Part shown: one piece after another, positions 58,849 to 64,000 of the stretch
Numbering within the stretch: the first letter of the stretch is position 1
Layout: every line of letters begins with the position of its first letter
Virus record (IMG/VR): IMGVR_UViG_3300017700_000469
Location: 64,001-128,000 of that record
Direction: 5' to 3' (one strand)
Length of the DNA stretch: 64,000 nt
DNA from: a virus
Taxonomy: Duplodnaviria > Heunggongvirae > Uroviricota > Caudoviricetes
Made by a program: the position numbers and the translations under genes
Notes under the pieces: generated by a model
The model's database searches: none
Seen by the model: the letters and a program-made list of their open reading frames with translations, nothing else
Told to the model about the DNA's origin: nothing

Positions 58849-60461
58849 TCATACTCGGGTGCCGATCTCGATCCAGCACTTGACCGGATCGACGAAGACG
58901 CCGAGCAGTAGGTCGAACGTGACTTGGGTACAGAGGACGACTTCGTCTTCGGGAATCCCGATCACTTTGTGAGGACCGAACTGGCGAATCTCGCGCAGAC
59001 GCAGGCCGCCTTCCTCGATCTGGTTGCACTCGACGCCGCTGGCCTTGTCGGGCGTCCGCAGGCTAGGTGTGTAGAGTTCGAGCCCGCCGGGCGAGGCGTG
59101 GACATCGGCGTCGTGGAGCAACCCGCCTCGCACGACGTCGTTGATGCCAATGGCCGCATCGAGCGGGCGATCGAGCATCGCGTGGTTGTAGCCAGGACCA
59201 ACTTCGACGGCGTCGATCACCGTGTACCGGATACCGTTGATCGAGATCACGGCACCTTCGCGGACCGGGTCGGCACCAGAGAGGATGAGAATGTTGCCGG
59301 GGAAACCGGCGACGTATGCGGCACCCACGTCGCCTAAGATCGGCGTGAAGTCGGAGTCTTTCGCGAGCACATTGATCGCCGCTGCTCGGAGGACTCGCAA
59401 CACCCCGCGTTCTTGCGACATGAGGGCGGGTGTGCGATACACCTTCGCCTCTTCGGCTTCCTCGCCGTCGCGGAGAAAGTACGTCGAGTAGAACCAGTTG
59501 TGGAGCGGTACCCGGCGGCCATCGGGGAGGACGAGCGTGTTCTTCCAATCGGCGTAGATGTCCGCGCGTATCGGGACCACAGTGCCGCCGATTTCTTTGA
59601 TGGCGGCGAGAAGGGATTCGAGCATGAGAGTCCTTAGAAGATGTGCGAGGCGTCGCTTATGCGGCGGCCGACTCGAAGGATGTGACTCGCAGCTTCTCCG
59701 CGATCTCGATGCGGAGCGCTTCGGGTACGTGAGTCAAGGCTGCGGCGAGCAGCGCCTTGTATGTTCGGTGCTTGCGGCGAGGCGCGATCGTCGGTGTGCG
59801 TCCGGTGAGTCGATAACCGAGCACCTTGCGTTCGGTCCTCGGATCGACTTTCTTGCCGGACTCGGCGATGACGCCGCATTCCAGAAGTTCGACGAAGCGT
59901 GGTCGAATGGCGTCGCACGTCTCGGGGTTCAGATCGAGAGCACGCGAAGCATCGGCCTGCGAGATCAGGCCGCCGTAGCCCTGCTCGTCTTGGTGGTCGA
60001 GGATGAACTTCACCACTTGCAGGCAGAGTTCGTTCAGCAGTCCGCTGTCACGGATCGCGGCGTAGGTATCAACCGAAGTTTCTTGAGTCATGCTAGAAGA
60101 CGTCGTAGTGGAAGCGGTCGCCGTGGACGCTCGCAGAGAGCGTGACCGAGCACGGGAACGTGCAGTTGTTGAAGCGGAGTTGCATCCGCAGAGAGCGGCC
60201 GATCCAGCCCGGCAGTGAGACTCGGCCTGCGACGTCGTAGTGCGACGCCCACAACTGGCCGATGACGGGTTTGCGTAATCGCGGATCGGTGCTCGTGATC
60301 TCGACCAGGGCGAGGCGAGCGGCGATGACCTTCATCTCGTAGACGGCTTGTGTCGTCTCGACCAGCACCCGCTGGTTTACAGACAGCTTGGTGACGTCGA
60401 TCCCCGGCCGCGACCGCAGTTCTCTAACGGTCTCGTCGATGGATTTCGGGTGTGAAGCCAT
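58849..60461 (-). other. Three hypothetical genes (58849-59625, 59657-60091 wHTH-like, 60093-60461)
   Basis: Head-to-tail ORFs. Confidence 0.65.
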
Positions 60462-60469
60462 AGCTCCAC

Positions 60470-61297
60470 TTAACACGTCTCCGGTGGATTCTGGTTTTCA
60501 CTTTCGCGAGTTATGTCGGCGTCCAACTCGTCGTCGCTGATCGCCCCGACGCACCACGCCGCGAACCGAGTCACGAGGCCGGATATGCCGATGTTGAGCA
60601 TTGCAGCGATTTTGCCGTTTATCTCTTCCTTGTTCCGCCGACGCCGGAAGCTCCGCAGCAGCTTCTCGCCGGTGAAGACGGCCTTACGACCACGACCACG
60701 CTTGGAGGCTGCCAGGGCGTTGGCGGCGTCGATCTGGGCCTCGGGCGTCTCTTTACGGCAGACGATCTCCAAGTCCAGCAGCGTCAACCTGCGGGCGGCC
60801 ACAAGCTGTTGGACCGGCTCGGGCACCTTCAGTAGCCGAAGGCGAGCGTGAACCCATTTGGTGTCCCGCTTCAGTTCGTCGGCCGCCTGCCGCAGTGTGA
60901 CTCCGTCCGGGTACAGCGTGCTGATCGCCATCGCCTCTTCGAGCGGGTTCAAGTCCTTACGTTCGAGGTTCTCGGTGAAGTTCAGCAGGTGGGCTTGCCG
61001 CTCGTCGAGTCCGTTGAGGACCGTGGCCGCGATCTCGGGCCACTTCAGGTAGACGGTGTGCGCCTTGTATCGCCGGTGGCCGGCGATCAGTCGCCAGTCG
61101 TATCCCTCGGGAAGTCCAGGTACGTCAACAGCCGGCTGCACCCACACAGGGGTAAGCAGCCGGCCGTTTGATTTGATGCTGTCCGCGAGATCACTGACCG
61201 ATTGAAGTGTGAAGTCGCCTCGGCAGTTGAAGTCTGCGTCGTAGTAGATGCGACCGCACGGAAGTGCGAACACATCGTAGTCTTCAAGTCGCTTCAT
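60470..61297 (-). CDS. parB: ParB/Spo0J-like protein
   Basis: LADSIK, PVWV, LIAGHRRYKA, ENLERKDLNPLEEA, HTH; GGAG SD before ATG 61297. Confidence 0.85.
   Translation of the reverse strand: MKRLEDYDVFALPCGRIYYDADFNCRGDFTLQSVSDLADSIKSNGRLLTPVWVQPAVDVPGLPEGYDWRLIAGHRRYKAHTVYLKWPEIAATVLNGLDERQAHLLNFTENLERKDLNPLEEAMAISTLYPDGVTLRQAADELKRDTKWVHARLRLLKVPEPVQQLVAARRLTLLDLEIVCRKETPEAQIDAANALAASKRGRGRKAVFTGEKLLRSFRRRRNKEEINGKIAAMLNIGISGLVTRFAAWCVGAISDDELDADITRESENQNPPETC
60471..60500 (-). promoter_or_regulatory. Class 2 (ECF-type) promoter
   Basis: TGAAAACC-N15-CGTGTTA. Confidence 0.65.
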
Positions 61298-61311
61298 ACG
61301 TTTCTCCAAAG

Positions 61312-61383
61312 CTGCATCGCCTGGGCTCGAACCAGGAACCTTCGCATTAACAGTGCGCTGCTCTACCATTGAGCTACGATGCA
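61312..61383 (-). tRNA. tRNA-Asn(GTT)
   Basis: TGCATCG/CGATGCA acceptor, GCTC-AATGGTA-GAGC D arm, CTGTTAA loop, CCTGG-TTCGAGC-CCAGG T arm; no CCA. Confidence 0.93.
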
Positions 61384-61387
61384 GTGA

Positions 61388-61726
61388 CTACCGGGCCTTC
61401 GGTGTCGGATCGATTTCGAGAGCCTTGAACGCGATCGTGCGCATGTCGGCCAAGTGCTTCTCGGTGGCGGCGAGCGAACCTGCGCTGCCGCTGCCCTCGG
61501 ACGGGCGGTAGCCGCATATCCAGAGTTGGTCCACCAACTGCTGAGCGGCGTCGTCACGGAGCCAGAACGTCGGTGCTACCTGCTGGCCATCGGCGGGTGC
61601 CTCAGAGAACACGACCGGCTGACCGAGATGCTGGATGCCTTGCTCACCGACGTACTGCATCAGGTAGACGTTTACCCGCTGCGACATAGCGTCATATTGA
61701 GCAGCAACGCGAGCTTGGCCGCTCAT
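61388..61726 (-). CDS. Hypothetical protein
   Basis: Coding composition, in array. Confidence 0.65.
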   Translation of the reverse strand: MSGQARVAAQYDAMSQRVNVYLMQYVGEQGIQHLGQPVVFSEAPADGQQVAPTFWLRDDAAQQLVDQLWICGYRPSEGSGSAGSLAATEKHLADMRTIAFKALEIDPTPKAR

Positions 61727-62004
61727 TACTCGATCCCGATCAGTTCGCCTTCGGTGACGAGCAAGAGAGTCTCGCCGTTGTAATCGTGCTCGACGCCTTT
61801 CGAGTGGTGCATCACGATGTCGCCGGCCTTAGCCTTGAGCGGCCGAGCAGGGATGCTGCCCGTCGCGGCATAGCCTTCGCCGACGAGGACTACTTCACTG
61901 CGGTTGTACTTCGGCTTGGCGGAATCGGGCAGGACGATCCCACCTGCGGTCTTCTGGCTCGGCGGGATCGCGCGGACAAGATAACGATCGTTGAACAGTC
62001 TCAT
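61726..62004 (-). CDS. groES: GroES / Cpn10 co-chaperonin
   Basis: NDRYLV, KTAGGIVLPDSAK, VVLVGEG, GDIV. Confidence 0.92.
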   Translation of the reverse strand: MRLFNDRYLVRAIPPSQKTAGGIVLPDSAKPKYNRSEVVLVGEGYAATGSIPARPLKAKAGDIVMHHSKGVEHDYNGETLLLVTEGELIGIE

Positions 62005-62373
62005 GGTGTCTCGTAACGGGTTTAGATTTGGTAATCGTGCGGTGCCGGGTAAACGCGAAGGTCTTCGTCGAACGCCACGTTGATCGGTTCGGGGAAATGA
62101 ATCACGCCGACCGGGAAGAGCGATGTGACGTGATGCTCCGCTTCGTATCCCTCAGACGGTATTTCCAGCGGCGGGATGACGCACGGGCTGTTGATGAGGA
62201 AGCTGGGTCCGGGAACAAACGTGTTCTCGAACTCAGTGCGTTCAATCACAACGCCGTCGCGGATTCGCTCGACGATGAACCGACCGGGAATCGTTTGCAT
62301 AGGTTTGCAAGAGCCAGCGCCGGCTCGGGCTTACGCCAACGAGACCGGCACCGTGCTCTTGCGGATTCCCTTA

Positions 62374-62874
62374 TTAGCCGGTGGCCGTTCCGGTCTTCAG
62401 GGTATCGACGAACGATGCGGCGCTGCGCGAGCCGGCGACCGGAGCGGCCGGGGCGTCTTGCTTCGCTTGGTCGGCGGCCGAGACGTTGCCGCCGGTCTTA
62501 CCGTAGACGATCGGATTCTTCGGGCCGGTGGCGGACTTTCCGGTCGGCAAGGTGTTGGCCTTGACGACGCCGTCCGGCGTGCGGACTTCGTCGTTCGCGC
62601 GCTTCACGACGAGCGTGTAGCCGAAGACGCCCTTCTGAGCGGTCGTGCTGCGGACGATGTCGAAGGCGGTGCCGCCGGACACCTTGCGGAGATCACGGAG
62701 ACGAGCGGAGACGGAGGCTTCGCTGACGTCTTCTTTCTTCGTCTTGCTCTTGGCTTTCTTGGCGATCTGCTTGAGCGTCAACGCGCCGGTGGCGGTGAGC
62801 ATGATGTCTTGCACGGCTTCGATCAGAGTCGGGAGCTTCTTAGCGGCCTTCGGTTTGTTCTTCAAAGCGGTCAT
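62374..62874 (-). CDS. wHTH-like basic DNA-binding protein
   Basis: LTLKQIA...SEASVSARLRDLRK. Confidence 0.6.
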   Translation of the reverse strand: MTALKNKPKAAKKLPTLIEAVQDIMLTATGALTLKQIAKKAKSKTKKEDVSEASVSARLRDLRKVSGGTAFDIVRSTTAQKGVFGYTLVVKRANDEVRTPDGVVKANTLPTGKSATGPKNPIVYGKTGGNVSAADQAKQDAPAAPVAGSRSAASFVDTLKTGTATG

Positions 62875-62928
62875 GTGGGTCTCGGAAAAGGAAAGAAAAG
62901 TAGGAACGGTGTCGGACTCGGACGGTAT

Positions 62929-63477
62929 CTACTCGCGAAGCGGAGCGCCGTGTTCTTCCATGCAGCGAACGCAGATGGCGGCGAGCTTGCGAATGTTGTT
63001 GAGTGCCTCGGTGTCGCCGGCGGTTAAGCTCCAAGCGTCAATGGCACGGTTTAGATAGGTGTGGAACATGCAGAGATAACCAGGGACCGTCTTGCGGCGT
63101 CCGTTGGTTCGCGACGGTGGGAGCGCGTCTTGGTAGTCACGCTCTTCGTCGATGACCAGCCGGACGATCTCCGTGCTTAGCGGCCCATTGAGAAACGGGC
63201 CGACTCGCTTGGCGGCACCGTTGGCCATCATGCAGGACATGCAGAGCCCAGCGAGCTTCCGCACGACGTCGAGCGCCGGTGCCGAGCCCGCTTTGTGGGC
63301 GGCGGCATCGGCGGCATCTTGGAAGTAGCCGAGGATGAACATCAGCCATTCCTCGACCAGCTTCTCATTGTCGGGCCGGTGTTTGATCCGGGCCTCGGCA
63401 CACGCCGCCTTCCAGCGTCGGTCGGCGTATGCAAACTCGCTGTCGATGGCAGCGTAGACTTCACTTCGCGTCGGCAT
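62929..63477 (-). CDS. Protein with a tandemly duplicated all-alpha phage domain
   Basis: Two copies of IDxExxY...RKLA.LC..CM..xG. Confidence 0.7.
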   Translation of the reverse strand: MPTRSEVYAAIDSEFAYADRRWKAACAEARIKHRPDNEKLVEEWLMFILGYFQDAADAAAHKAGSAPALDVVRKLAGLCMSCMMANGAAKRVGPFLNGPLSTEIVRLVIDEERDYQDALPPSRTNGRRKTVPGYLCMFHTYLNRAIDAWSLTAGDTEALNNIRKLAAICVRCMEEHGAPLRE

Positions 63478-63479
63478 AG

Positions 63480-64000
63480 TTATCCCGGTAGCACCATGTT
63501 GAGTGGTCCGACGTCACGGCCGCCGTCGATCTTGTAACGCTTCGGGCCTTTTGCTTCGGCCTCGTGCTTGAGCTTGACGTTGAGCCGCCAAGTGATGCCG
63601 TGCTTCGGGTTGACGCCGTGGATCAGTTGCACCGGTTCGCGGTAGCCGCTGAACGAGTTGTAGGCGTAGCTGTCGGTGCCGGGCCAAGCACCATTGACGA
63701 TGAGTTCGCCGTTGATGTCGGAGAGGCTGGCCGCAACGTGATGGTGTCCCATGCAGAAGTAGCGGATGTTCGGTCCGCCTTGCACGGCACCCAGGGCGAT
63801 GAGACCCTTCTGGCGTCGCACCATTCCGTAGAACGGGATGCCTGCGTTGCCCTTCACGTCGTCGCCGTGCGACAGGTTGAACCCGACGCCGTTGATGTTG
63901 ATGTTGGCACTGAAGGCGTCCGGGATCAGGAAGTCGATGTTCTCGATGTCCCGACAGTGCATCCGGCACATCTCGGCGATCAGGTAGTCCCAGTTGTCGT
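63480..64000 (-). CDS. Metallophosphoesterase-like protein (5' truncated by the window edge)
   Basis: LSHGD, MGHHH, VNGAWPGTDSY. Confidence 0.7.
   Translation of the reverse strand, partial: DNWDYLIAEMCRMHCRDIENIDFLIPDAFSANININGVGFNLSHGDDVKGNAGIPFYGMVRRQKGLIALGAVQGGPNIRYFCMGHHHVAASLSDINGELIVNGAWPGTDSYAYNSFSGYREPVQLIHGVNPKHGITWRLNVKLKHEAEAKGPKRYKIDGGRDVGPLNMVLPG

Noticed and set aside
60470-61369. ParB start at 61369
   Set aside because: The extension runs through tRNA-Asn; ATG 61297 has a GGAG SD.
1-64000. Diversity-generating retroelement, retron, transposase or virion genes
   Set aside because: No reverse transcriptase (YxDD), DDE transposase, terminase, capsid or tail motifs recognised, and no TR/VR pair seen.

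Overview
64 kb of the non-structural arm of a large, GC-rich, probably temperate bacteriophage. The integrase type suggests a Planctomycetota host (inference). No capsid, tail, terminase or reverse transcriptase gene was recognised. Almost all genes run head-to-tail on the minus strand. Layout: (1) 0.55-6.65 kb is an island built from a small vocabulary of short shuffled repeats, carrying an oppositely oriented amidoligase plus class II glutamine amidotransferase pair. (2) 7.4-14.5 kb holds small hypothetical genes behind repeated sigma70-type promoters with a conserved spacer core CAGCTTTGA. (3) 15-30 kb holds accessory genes including RtcB, a PRTase, peptide deformylase and a Ro60/TROVE operon preceded by four Y-RNA-like elements. 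(4) An ECF sigma factor, an intact attP-like site carrying the 5' half of tRNA-Thr(CGT), integrase and xis follow at 29.9-32.7 kb. (5) 33-64 kb is the DNA/RNA metabolism arm: SPFH, FkbM MTase, DEDDh exonuclease, two DNA MTases, O-acyltransferase, BCS1-like AAA, PD-(D/E)XK nuclease, NUDIX, RNA ligase, DNA ligase, HAD nucleotidase, a second sigma factor, VRR-NUC, family A DNA polymerase, ParB, tRNA-Asn and GroES. The most striking system is the Ro60 operon (29550 to 26701). It contains one circularly permuted tRNA-mimic YrlA, two minimal Y RNAs, and a fully canonical tRNA-Lys(UUU) interrupted in its anticodon stem by a 62-nt Y-RNA-like module. The same genome segment encodes both RtcB and an ATP-dependent RNA ligase. 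All assignments come from reading motifs by eye; no database searches were run.
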